64,000 bases of DNA from an uncultured Gemmatimonadales bacterium (GTDB lineage: Bacteria > Gemmatimonadota > Gemmatimonadetes > Gemmatimonadales > GWC2-71-9). The position numbers and the translations under genes are program-made. A model generated the notes under the pieces. That model ran no database searches and had not been told where the DNA came from. It saw only the letters and a program-made list of their open reading frames with translations. Position 1 is the first letter of the stretch. Every line of letters starts with the position of its first letter. The stretch lies in the NCBI GenBank assembly GCA_963825055.1, contig CAWGSK010000007.1, positions 96,001 to 160,000 of the forward strand, given 5' to 3'. Shown here piece by piece: positions 1-8,883 of this stretch.

Positions 1-607
1 CGGAGCCCCGGAGCTCGAGCAGGCGATCCTTGAGAACCCGGCGCGCGATCGGGTCGAGCCCCGCGGTAGGCTCGTCGAGCACGAGCAACTCGGGGCGGAA
101 CAGGAACGCGATGGCGGCATTCAGCTTCTGCCGCGTCCCTCCGCTCAGGGTCCGCACCGGCTTGTCCAGCTCGTCCTCCAGCTCGAACGCATGCACCAGG
201 GTGCGGTCGGTCGGGGTGTCGTCACCGCGAAGCCCGGCCAGCAGGCGCATCACCTCGCGCCCTGTGAGGTTGTCGGGGAAGCGCGCAGCCTGCGGCATGT
301 AGCCCACGGAAGTGCGGTATCCCCCGTCCCCGTCGACCGTCTCACCCAGCACGCGGATCACGCCGGCATCGGGCTTGACCAGGCCCAGGATCGACTTGAT
401 GAGCGTGGTCTTGCCTGCTGCGTTCGGACCCAGGACGGCGGTGATCCGCCCTGCGGGAAGCGTCAGGTGGACGTCGGCCAGCGCCGTCACCCGGCCGAAC
501 CGCTTCCGGAGCGCCTCCACCTGCACGGCGGGGGTGGCGGTGTCGTCCGCGGGCACGAGGGCCAGCGGCGGGTCCGACAGGCCGCGCCGGTGCTCGCGGG
601 GGCTCAT
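1..607 (-). CDS. nosF: NosF ABC transporter ATP-binding protein (3' end runs off window)
   Basis: Translated by hand from ATG 607 (ATGA overlap with nosD stop): Walker A GPNAAGKTT, signature LSGGTRQK, Walker B LLVLDEPT; not in ORF track because truncated. Confidence 0.9.
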   Translation of the reverse strand, partial: MSPREHRRGLSDPPLALVPADDTATPAVQVEALRKRFGRVTALADVHLTLPAGRITAVLGPNAAGKTTLIKSILGLVKPDAGVIRVLGETVDGDGGYRTSVGYMPQAARFPDNLTGREVMRLLAGLRGDDTPTDRTLVHAFELEDELDKPVRTLSGGTRQKLNAAIAFLFRPELLVLDEPTAGLDPIARRVLKDRLLELRGS

Positions 608-1833
608 GACGGCCTCCGCATGCGTGGATGGCTGTCGACCAGGGTCTCCGGGGTCAGGACGGGCATGACCCGCTCCGCGGCATCGAGGAGATCCACGAAG
701 AAGCTCCGGAGGAGGATGAGGCCCGGTTCGTGCCGGGACACGATCAGGGAGAAGAGCCGGACGGGGTGATAGGGCACGTCGCCGTACCCGTCGTGGTCCA
801 GGTCGTAGCCGGCGTACTGGTCCCAGTAGTTGCCGGCGAAGGTCGAGTGGCTCGTGCGGCTGTTCGTGGCCACATCGAACGAGTTGCCCAGGAACGTATT
901 GTCCCGGAAGACGCCGCCCTCCGAGCTCGCCGTGATACGGATGGCCCATCCGTTGGATTCGAACTGGTTCTCCACGGCCGTGATGCGGTTGCTGCTCTCC
1001 ACCTGGAGTCCCACGCTGTTGCCGGTGAACGTGTTGCCGGCGACGCGGCTGTCGGTGATCTCCTTGAGCAGGAGCCCGTAGGCCGCGGTGCCGCGGTTGA
1101 TCGCGAACTGGTTGCCCGTGATCCGGACATCACGGGCATACATCACGGCCACGCCGGCACCGTTTTCCCGGAAGATGTTGTCCTCGTAGGCGCAACTGTC
1201 GCTGAACATGAAGTGCAGCCCGTAGCGGACGTTTGCGTTGCTCGTATTGCCCTGCACCAGGGTGCCGCGAACGAATTCGAAGTACACCCCGTCACGATGG
1301 CCCGATACGCGGTTGCCCACGATGGTGAAGTTGCGGGAAGCCCAGAGGTGGATCGCATTGCCCGAGGACGTTTCGGTCTCCGCGTGCCCGCGAATTTCGT
1401 TGCCGCGAAGGAGGCAGCCGCTGCTCTTGGCGGCGTAGATGCCGAAGAACGTGTCGAGCAGCCGGTTGTCCTCCACCACGCAATCACGGACGTTCTCGAG
1501 GCGGATACCGGCCCGGTCCTCGGTGAAGCTCGTCCCCACGTTCCGGACGACGAGTCCCCGCAGGACCACGCTGTCCGCGCGGACCAGGAGGCCCTCGTGG
1601 GCCCCGGCGGCGTCGATCACCGGCCAGCCTTCACCTGCGATCTCCACCCTCCGGTCCACCACGATGACCGGCTCCCGGTACGTTCCGGCCCGGACCACAA
1701 TCCGGGCGCCGGGTTGCGCCATCGCGATGGCGCGGGTGATGGTCGGTACCGGGCCGCCGGGCGACACGGTGATGACCTGCCGGCCGGCGGGAGCCTGCAG
1801 CAGGGCCAGGGCGAGGGTGAGCGCCGCGTGCAT
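604..1833 (-). CDS. nosD: NosD nitrous oxide reductase maturation protein (beta-helix)
   Basis: GNAIHLW, RYGLHFMFS, GNYWDQYAGYDLDHDGYGDVPY motifs; nos context. Confidence 0.95.
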   Translation of the reverse strand: MHAALTLALALLQAPAGRQVITVSPGGPVPTITRAIAMAQPGARIVVRAGTYREPVIVVDRRVEIAGEGWPVIDAAGAHEGLLVRADSVVLRGLVVRNVGTSFTEDRAGIRLENVRDCVVEDNRLLDTFFGIYAAKSSGCLLRGNEIRGHAETETSSGNAIHLWASRNFTIVGNRVSGHRDGVYFEFVRGTLVQGNTSNANVRYGLHFMFSDSCAYEDNIFRENGAGVAVMYARDVRITGNQFAINRGTAAYGLLLKEITDSRVAGNTFTGNSVGLQVESSNRITAVENQFESNGWAIRITASSEGGVFRDNTFLGNSFDVATNSRTSHSTFAGNYWDQYAGYDLDHDGYGDVPYHPVRLFSLIVSRHEPGLILLRSFFVDLLDAAERVMPVLTPETLVDSHPRMRRPS

Positions 1834-1836
1834 GGC

Positions 1837-2310
1837 TCAGCCCCCCAGGTCCGGCTGTTCGGGCCGGTCCCGGAGGTCGGGCAGGTCGAGCACCTGGGCC
1901 CAGGTGAGCAGCGTGCCGCCGGTGGCCGTGACGAGGCTGTCGGCCGAAGCGCGCGAGGCGACGGCTGCCAGGCCGCTCGCCATCGGGGTGTGGATGACGG
2001 GGCTCCGGACGAACATGGCGCTGTCGGCGGGAAGCATGGCGTCGGGCGTGCGGCTGTCGTACACCCAGACGCCGGCCACCGCTGCCATGTCCAGCCCGCT
2101 GTCGCGATACCAGAGCACGAGCCCGCCGATGTCATCGAAGGTGTAGACCTTCCCGTGAGCCGTCACCAGCTCGGCGGCGAACCGCGGGTCGGTGATCACC
2201 ATGTGGCACCGGTCGCACATGTCGCGCCCCCAGGCGATGGGCCGGGGGGCGGGCGAGACGCAGGCCGCCGCGACCAGCGCGACGGCAGCGCTCCAGAAGC
2301 GCCAGGTCAT
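1837..2310 (-). CDS. nosL: NosL copper chaperone lipoprotein
   Basis: Lipobox AAAC, CDRCHM, FDDIG, TPMASG; true start ATG 2310 overlaps upstream stop (the longer ORF call is a shadow extension). Confidence 0.9.
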   Translation of the reverse strand: MTWRFWSAAVALVAAACVSPAPRPIAWGRDMCDRCHMVITDPRFAAELVTAHGKVYTFDDIGGLVLWYRDSGLDMAAVAGVWVYDSRTPDAMLPADSAMFVRSPVIHTPMASGLAAVASRASADSLVTATGGTLLTWAQVLDLPDLRDRPEQPDLGG

Positions 2311-2945
2311 GCGGATGCGACGTGACGGTGTGGCGCGGCTCCCACCGCCACGGCCCGGTCGGCACGCTCCTGCCTGCGGTGCCGCAGCTCCGCCACGACG
2401 GCCGCGAACCCGAGAAACAGCGCGGCCACCGCCACCCAGCCGCCGGCGCCGGGCCAGCTGCTGGCGGTAAAGTTGAGCAGCTGCTTGGAGCCCAGCAGCG
2501 GAGGCTGGTAGGTCATGCCGGGCACCTTGATGATCGCGTGCGGGTCGAGATTGTGGCCGTAGTCGTACCCCCATCGCCAGAAGTCCCCCAGGCCGATGAG
2601 TGCGCCGCAGGCAAACACCGTCACCCAGGCGTAGAGCGGGCCGCGGCGGCCGACGGCGGCCACCAGGAGGCCAGTTGCCATGAGGCCCAGGACGAGCAGC
2701 GGCATGAACCGGAGCTCGGGGATGTCGTCCGGTGCGATCACCTTCATCCCGATGTAGTGGTTGAGCCCGTTGATGCTGTTGAGGTCCTGCGGCTGCTGCC
2801 CCGTGATCTGGTTGATCCAGATACGCAGCCCGAGCCCCTCCGGATACTGCGGAGCGTGCAGCTGGATGCGCCACAGGGGAAGCACGAAGAGCAGCCCCAG
2901 CAGCAGGGCGGCGATGGCAGTCGTCACGCGGGTGGATCGCAGCAT
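2307..2945 (-). CDS. nosB: NosB-like membrane protein of clade II nos clusters
   Basis: PLWxIxLxAPQYPEGL, INGLNHYIGM, YGHNLDP, YQPPLLG motifs; about 4 TM helices. Confidence 0.85.
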   Translation of the reverse strand: MLRSTRVTTAIAALLLGLLFVLPLWRIQLHAPQYPEGLGLRIWINQITGQQPQDLNSINGLNHYIGMKVIAPDDIPELRFMPLLVLGLMATGLLVAAVGRRGPLYAWVTVFACGALIGLGDFWRWGYDYGHNLDPHAIIKVPGMTYQPPLLGSKQLLNFTASSWPGAGGWVAVAALFLGFAAVVAELRHRRQERADRAVAVGAAPHRHVASA

Positions 2946-2972
2946 GGCAGGACCTCGATGACACCGGGGCCG

Positions 2973-2997
2973 CGCGGGGAAGCCGGGCTCCCCCGCG
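2973..2997 (-). terminator. Stem-loop between the probable true nosZ stop and nosB
   Basis: cgcgggg(2973-79)...ccccgcg(2991-97) inverted repeat; no clear U-tract. Confidence 0.4.
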
Positions 2998-3009
2998 ACA
3001 GCCGCCGGT

Positions 3010-4963
3010 CTACTTCGGCGAATTGAACTTCACGGGCACGCTCGAGCCGCTGTGGCGAGACCCGCAGGTACCCCTGCATCTCCTGGTGCAGCGCTGAGCA
3101 GAAGTCCGTGCAGTAGAAGGAGAATACGCCGGGCTGCTGTGGAACCCATGTGAGCGTCCGGGTCTGTCCGGGCATGATCAGCAGCTCGGCGTTCCGGTTG
3201 CCCATCATCGCGAACCCGTGCGGGACGTCCCAGTCCTGCTCGAGGTTTGTCACGTGGAAGAAGACCGAGTCACCCACCTGGACGCCCTCGATATTGTCGG
3301 GCACGAAGTGGCTGCGGATGGCCGTCATGGCGATGTGTACCTTGTTTCCCTCGCGTACGACCTTGACGTCCTTCTCGCTCTTGGCCGCCCACGGATGGGC
3401 GTTCTCCTGGAGGCTGTACGTCTTGACCTGCTTGTCCTTGAGCATCTCCGCCGGCAGGGCCTGGGCGTAGTGCGGCTCGCCGATGGTGGGGAAGTCGAGC
3501 AGCATCTTCATCTTGTCGCCGCTGATGTCGATGAGCTGCGCCGACTGGGTGAGCTCCGGTCCGGTGGGCAGGTAGCGGTCCTTGGTGATCTTGTTGAGCG
3601 CTACCAGGTACTTGTCCCAGGGCTTGCGGCTGTCGCCGCCGGGAATCATCAGGTGGCCGATCGAGTAGTACACCGGGATCCGGTCCTTCACCGTGAAGTC
3701 CTTCAGGCTCCACTTCACGACCTCGGAGCTGATGAACATCGAGGTGTAGGCGTTCCCGCGCGCGTCGAACTCGGTGTGGAGCGGGCCCAGGCCCGGGTTC
3801 TCCACCTCACCTGCCACGATCGACTCGTAGCGGAGGATGGGGATCCCGTCGACCTCGCCGATGAAATCCTTGTTCTCGATGGCCTTCAGCATCTTCGAGA
3901 AGGAGTGCACGGGGATGACGGTGGCCAGCTTGCCGCCCGCCACGATGTACTCGCCCGTCGGGTCCACGTCCACGCCGTGGGGGGACTTCGGCGTCGGCAG
4001 GAAGTACATGAGGCCGGGGCAGTCCGGCACCGCCAGGACCTTCACGCTGGTCCTGATCTCGCTGTTGGCCCGGTGGTCGGCGCCGACCCAGTTGTGGGCA
4101 TACCGTGCCGGCATCGCCTTCGCCTTGCCGTCGGCCACGCACTGCTCGGCCTGCTTCCAGTTCACCGCCGCCACGTAGTCCTTGTCCTTCTGGGAGGCGT
4201 TGACCTCCAGCAGGGTATGCGCCTGCTCGGAGTTGTAGGAAGTGAAGAAGGACCAGCCGTAGGACACGGCCTTCCCGGAGTGGGAGAGGTCGTAGTCATA
4301 GCCGGGCACGGCAATCTGGAACGCGATATCCATGGCACCGGTGCCCGAGTCCACCTTCGCAAAGGTCAGGAGCCCCTTGAACTCCTTCGCGAAGTCGTCG
4401 ATGGACACGTCCTTCTGCGGGGTGGGCACGCTGAAGCGGGTGGCTGCGACCGTGTACTCGGTGTTCGGCGTGACGAACGGGGAGGCGTGGTTGCCCGACG
4501 AGTTCGGGATCTCGAGGATTTCGGTCGTCTCGAAGTTCGTCAGGTCCAGCCGGGCGATCCGCGGCGTGTTGTTGCCGTTGATGAACAGCCAGCGCCCGTC
4601 CGGCACCCCGTCGGTCATGGACAACTCGGGGTGGTGGGCATCATCCCAGGGGACGTACCCGTAGCTCGTCATCAGCATGTTCTTGGTCTCCTCGCTGTAG
4701 CCCCAGCCGTTCTCGGGGTTCTGGGAGAAGACCGGGACCTGCCGGAGGAGCCGCCCCGACGGGAGTCCGTACACCCCGACCTGGCCGCTGAAGCCGCCCG
4801 ACAGGAAGGCGTAGTAGGCGTCGTACTGCCCCGGAGCCACGTAGACCTGCTGCGCGGCATCGCCCGCATCAGCGGCTGCCGGAGTGCCGGACTTGCCGCA
4901 GCCGGCCAGGGTGACGGTGGCGGCCAGCAGGGCCGCCGTCGCGGACTTCACATGAAGCGACAT
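3010..4963 (-). CDS. nosZ: Clade II (Sec/lipoprotein) nitrous oxide reductase; 1-nt frameshift near 3052, so ORF track reads on to 2924
   Basis: Lipobox LAGC, CuZ His motifs (DAHH, GNH, SPHG, PLHT, GHL, EPH), CuA HGF...CTDFCSALHQEM; adjacent frame gives SGSSVPVKFNSPK* ending at 3010. Confidence 0.95.
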
Positions 4964-4965
4964 GG

Positions 4966-5481
4966 TTATTCCTCCCCCGCTGACGAGTCAGGCTGGGTCC
5001 GGAGATACTCGAGGATGGCGCGCGCCTCCTCCCGGCTCAGCTGCAGGTTGGGCATCTGGGTCATGTACTGGGCGAGCAGGCCCCGGGCGACGGGATGCCT
5101 GGTGTACATCTCCTCGGGGTTCAGCATCATGTTCATCACGTAGGTGGAGGTCCGGCGGGTCGTGACCCCGCCGAGCGACGGCCCCACGTAGCGCTCGTTC
5201 ATCTTGTGGCAGGCACTGCACTTGCCCGCGAAGAGTTCCTCACCCTGTTCGGCGAGTTTCTCGTCCACCGGGCCGACCGTGACGGGCTCCGTCACCGGCC
5301 CGATGCCGTTCTCGACCTGGAACGGCGTCAGGTCACCGCCGGCCGCGGCGGTGGTCGTGGAAGCGGCGGTGTCCGCGGCGGGCTGGTCCCCGCCGCCGCC
5401 GCATCCGGCCAGGAGCAGGGCGCCGAGGATACCGGGAAGGAAACCGTGGCGTTGCAGGAACATCCGGGCACGACCTCTCAT
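4966..5481 (-). CDS. Monoheme cytochrome c lipoprotein, probable NosZ electron donor (start could be 5463/5481/5496)
   Basis: LLAGC lipobox, CSACH heme motif, distal Met in TQMPN; directly upstream of nosZ. Confidence 0.85.
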   Translation of the reverse strand: MRGRARMFLQRHGFLPGILGALLLAGCGGGGDQPAADTAASTTTAAAGGDLTPFQVENGIGPVTEPVTVGPVDEKLAEQGEELFAGKCSACHKMNERYVGPSLGGVTTRRTSTYVMNMMLNPEEMYTRHPVARGLLAQYMTQMPNLQLSREEARAILEYLRTQPDSSAGEE

Positions 5482-5518
5482 CAGAAGTGATCCCACCTCC
5501 AGCCGCCGGGAGGCGCTG

Positions 5519-5576
5519 GCAGGGGGAACATGAAGAGGAATCGTGCTGGGACTGGTGAAGGAACTGTGAGGGAATC
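5519..5576 (-). promoter_or_regulatory. 11-12 bp periodic direct repeats upstream of nos operon
   Basis: GGA(A/C)(C/T) cores at 5525, 5537, 5549, 5560, 5571 (+ strand); GTGAAGGAACT / GTGAGGGAATC tandem. Confidence 0.35.
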
Positions 5577-5577
5577 T

Positions 5578-6678
5578 TCAGACTGGCGCGTTCCACTCCT
5601 CGAGCGGCGTGGTGCGCCGGAGGGCGTCGGGGTGACGCCGGAACCAGGACATCAGCAACAGGATCTCGTCGAGCGAGCCGGTTGCCAGGCTGGTGACGGG
5701 AGGCTCCGGCTCCTCGAGCTCCGCGGCAACCACGGCCCGGAAGGCTTCCTGTTCGAGCGGGGTCGTGGGCCAGGGGTAGTGCGCGCGTACCAGCCCGGCC
5801 CGCACCAGATAGGCCCGGTCGTCACCGTAGGTGCCGGGATCGCGATAGACAAAGGTCAGGAGGGCCCGGGCGGCCCGGGCGCGCGTGGTGGCGGTGAGCA
5901 GCCACTCCAGCGCCTCGAATTTTTCCCGCCACCGCGCCGCCCGCTCGTAGTCCTCGGCCGTGGCCGCCTCCTGCATGACCGACACGACCCGGTCGATGGG
6001 GGCGATGGCGCGCCCCTCGAGGAAATCCACCGCCCGCTCCACGGCGGCGAGGTAGGCCTCCTCCGTGACCAGCCCCGCACACGGCCCCTGGCAGGTGCCG
6101 AAATCGTGACGCATGCAGGCGGCGCGACCGCCGCCGCCGAACAGCTCCATCTGGCCGGCATAGACGATCGGCATGGTGGCGGCGCAGTCCCGCAGCCCGA
6201 GGAGGTCGTTCAGGATCCGGAGGCCCTCGGCCACGCGCCCGGCGCTGGCGAACGGCCCGTAGCAGCGGGCCGCGTCACGAGTGGCCCCCGTGCCGCTCGA
6301 AAGGCGGGGCGCGGCCCCGCCGGAGAGGCGCACGAGGACCATCCGGCGGGTCCGGTTGAGCTGGTGGTTGAGCGGCGGGCGGAAGCGCTGGATCTGGCGG
6401 AGTTCCCGGAGGTAGGCCGCGAATTCGCTCGGCACGTACTCCCATTCGATATCCGCCGCGGCATGCAGGATCCGCGCGCCCTTGTCCTCGGGATAGTGCG
6501 CGCGGAAGTAGGTCATGAGACGCGCCCGCAGGCGCTTCGCCTTGCCCACATAGATCACCCGGCCCGTGGCGTCCCGCATGCGATACACCGCCGGGCGGTT
6601 TTCGGCCAGCTTGCCGACCCGGAGCCGGAGTCGCGAGAGGTCGGTGGCGGGAAGCCCGAGCACGGGGGCGGCGGTCAT
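5578..6678 (-). CDS. Short UvrC-like GIY-YIG endonuclease with UvrB/C coiled-coil motif
   Basis: AVYRMRDATGRVIYVGKAKRLRARL..YF, Cys cluster C..C..C.GPC, MQEAATAEDYERAARWRE; start ATG 6678 abuts mutM stop. Confidence 0.8.
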   Translation of the reverse strand: MTAAPVLGLPATDLSRLRLRVGKLAENRPAVYRMRDATGRVIYVGKAKRLRARLMTYFRAHYPEDKGARILHAAADIEWEYVPSEFAAYLRELRQIQRFRPPLNHQLNRTRRMVLVRLSGGAAPRLSSGTGATRDAARCYGPFASAGRVAEGLRILNDLLGLRDCAATMPIVYAGQMELFGGGGRAACMRHDFGTCQGPCAGLVTEEAYLAAVERAVDFLEGRAIAPIDRVVSVMQEAATAEDYERAARWREKFEALEWLLTATTRARAARALLTFVYRDPGTYGDDRAYLVRAGLVRAHYPWPTTPLEQEAFRAVVAAELEEPEPPVTSLATGSLDEILLLMSWFRRHPDALRRTTPLEEWNAPV

Positions 6679-7502
6679 CAGCGCTGGCAGCGGTGGCAGA
6701 AGACCGTGATTCGCCCGTCGATCGCATGGGTACCGGTGAGGCGCGTGCCGCAGCGGACGCACGGCTCGCCTTCACGCCCGTATGCCAGCAGCCGCGACTG
6801 GTTCCCTCCCTGCCCTCCCGTGCCGGTGCGGTAGTCCCGGACGGTGGTGCCGCGGCGCCGGATGGAGGCGCGGAGGATTCGCCGGAGGGAACCGTGCAGG
6901 CGCGACGCCTCCTCGCGGGTCACCGCGTCGGCCGGGCGCGACGGGTCGATTCCCACGTCGAAGAGCGCCTCGTTGGCGTAGATGTTCCCGATGCCGGCGA
7001 TGTGCCGCTGGTCCATGAGCACCTTCTTCACGGCCTGACGCGACCGGGCGAGGATGCGGGAGAGTCCGGCGGGGGTAAAGCCCCGCGCGAGCGGTTCCGG
7101 GCCGAGGGCGGCGTCGTAGTCCTCCCAGGCGGCCTCGTCCAGCAGGAGCAGGGTGCCGAGCCGGCGCACGTCGCGGTACACCAGGATGCGACCGTCGTCC
7201 AGCTCCGCGGTAAGGACCGCATAGCGCCGCTGCTCCGGGGACAATGGAGCGTCATGGACCAGCAGCCCGCCCGACATTCCGGGCTGGACAACCAGGCGTT
7301 GGCGGTCGAGGACCAGCACCGCGTGCTTGGCTCTCCGTTCCAGCCGGTGGATGGTGGCTCCCGCCAGCCCCCGCAGCAGCCGGGCGCGCGTCACCCCGCG
7401 CAGGACGTCGGTGTGCGACAGCTTCGCCCTGAGGATCCGCCGCCCGACGAGCTCGGGGCGGAGATCCCGTACGATGGTCTCGACTTCGGGGAGTTCGGGC
7501 AT
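6678..7502 (-). CDS. mutM: Formamidopyrimidine-DNA glycosylase
   Basis: MPELPEVE N-terminus, GIGNIYANE H2TH, C-terminal CxxC..CxxC zinc finger. Confidence 0.97.
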   Translation of the reverse strand: MPELPEVETIVRDLRPELVGRRILRAKLSHTDVLRGVTRARLLRGLAGATIHRLERRAKHAVLVLDRQRLVVQPGMSGGLLVHDAPLSPEQRRYAVLTAELDDGRILVYRDVRRLGTLLLLDEAAWEDYDAALGPEPLARGFTPAGLSRILARSRQAVKKVLMDQRHIAGIGNIYANEALFDVGIDPSRPADAVTREEASRLHGSLRRILRASIRRRGTTVRDYRTGTGGQGGNQSRLLAYGREGEPCVRCGTRLTGTHAIDGRITVFCHRCQR

Positions 7503-7512
7503 GGGGGGGCGC

Positions 7513-7609
7513 GTTGTGTCGTTGAATCGTTGAGTCGTTGAGTCGTTGCTACCATTCTATCACTCAGCTACTCAACTACTCAACCACTCAACCACTCAAC
7601 TACTCAACC
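7513..7609. repeat. Inverted pair of 8-bp tandem arrays: (GTTGAGTC)~4.5 and (ACTCAACY)6
   Basis: Units read directly at 7513-7548 and 7562-7609; GTTGAGT is the reverse complement of ACTCAAC. Confidence 0.9.
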
Positions 7610-8883
7610 GCTCCACGCCCGCTCTCCCTCCACCCGATATCCCCCCTGAACACCTTCCCCTCGAACTCGATCCTGCCTGCCGCGTCGCGGCTGAGGCGCT
7701 GGGCGTCCCTGAACGTGCCGGCCACGGCCGTCACATTCAGCACCCGGCCCCCGCTTACCCGCAAGGTGCCGTCGTCGTCGCGCGAGGTGCCGGCGTGGAA
7801 TACGGTGACGCTGTCGGGGAGGTTGTCCGGGATGGCGATCGCGGCGCCCTTGCGCGGGCTCGCCGGGTAGCCGCCGGCGGCGAGCACCGTGGTGACGGCA
7901 TAGGTATCCGGCGCGATGTCGAGCGCGGTCGGGGGGCCGCCCCGCGCGATCGACTCAAGGCAGGCCGTCAGCCCACCCCGGACCAGCGGCAGGACCGCCT
8001 GGGTCTCGGGGTCCCCGAACCGGCAGTTGAATTCGACCACGTACGGCGTGCCGTCGGCCGATACCATGAGGCCGGCGTAGAGCAGGCCCCGGAACGGCGC
8101 GTCGCGGCGCCGGAGTTCGGCGAGAGTCGGCTTGAGCACCTCGGTGGTGACCCGCTCCAGCAGGGCAGTGCTCGTGAGGCTGACGGGGCAGTACGCGCCC
8201 ATGCCGCCGGTATTCGGGCCCCGGTCGCCTTCTTCCAGCCGCTTGTGGTCCTGGGAGGGAGGGAAGAGCACCACCTCCTCACCGTCGGTCGCGGCGAAGA
8301 CCGATAGTTCTTCCCCCGTGAGGAAGTGCTCGATCACGACCTCGCGCCCCGCCTCGCCGAAGGCCCCCTCTCCCAGCATGTCCTCCACCGCCGCGAGCGC
8401 CGCGGCGCGGTCCCGGCAGACGATCGCGCCCTTTCCGCCCGCCAGGCCCGACGCCTTGACGACCAGCGGTTCGGCGTGGCCGCGCACGTATTCCCCTGCC
8501 GGGGCCAGGTCGGTGAAAACCCTGCTCTCCGCCGTGGGCACGCCGGCCGCGCGCATGACTTCCTTGGCGAATGCCTTGGATGACTCGATCCGCGCCGCCG
8601 CGGCGCCGGGCCCGAACACCGGGCGGCCTTCGGCGCGGAGCCGGTCCGCCAGTCCCATCGCCAGGGGCACTTCGGGGCCCACCAGCGTGAGGTCGATCCC
8701 ATACATGTCGGCGGCGTCGGCGAGGCGGTCGATGTCATCAGCGGCCACCGCGACGTTGGTCGCGATGGCCGCTGTTCCCGGATTGCCGGGGGCGCAGTAG
8801 ATGTCGGCGTCGGGCAGTTCGCGGCGGAGCGACCAGGCCAGGGCATGCTCCCGGCCACCGCCGCCGACGATGAGCGCCCTCAC
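7600..8883 (-). CDS. purD: Phosphoribosylamine--glycine ligase
   Basis: GGGGREHALAW, QDHKR..EGD.GPNTGGMGAY, EFNCRFGDPE. Confidence 0.97.
   Translation of the reverse strand: MRALIVGGGGREHALAWSLRRELPDADIYCAPGNPGTAAIATNVAVAADDIDRLADAADMYGIDLTLVGPEVPLAMGLADRLRAEGRPVFGPGAAAARIESSKAFAKEVMRAAGVPTAESRVFTDLAPAGEYVRGHAEPLVVKASGLAGGKGAIVCRDRAAALAAVEDMLGEGAFGEAGREVVIEHFLTGEELSVFAATDGEEVVLFPPSQDHKRLEEGDRGPNTGGMGAYCPVSLTSTALLERVTTEVLKPTLAELRRRDAPFRGLLYAGLMVSADGTPYVVEFNCRFGDPETQAVLPLVRGGLTACLESIARGGPPTALDIAPDTYAVTTVLAAGGYPASPRKGAAIAIPDNLPDSVTVFHAGTSRDDDGTLRVSGGRVLNVTAVAGTFRDAQRLSRDAAGRIEFEGKVFRGDIGWRESGRGAVE

Noticed and set aside
1837..2964. NosB-NosL fusion
   Set aside because: Separate frames joined by an ATGA overlap at 2307-2310
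7538..7870. Repeat-peptide ORFs ([29 protein letters not shown])
   Set aside because: Translations of the DNA arrays, not credible proteins
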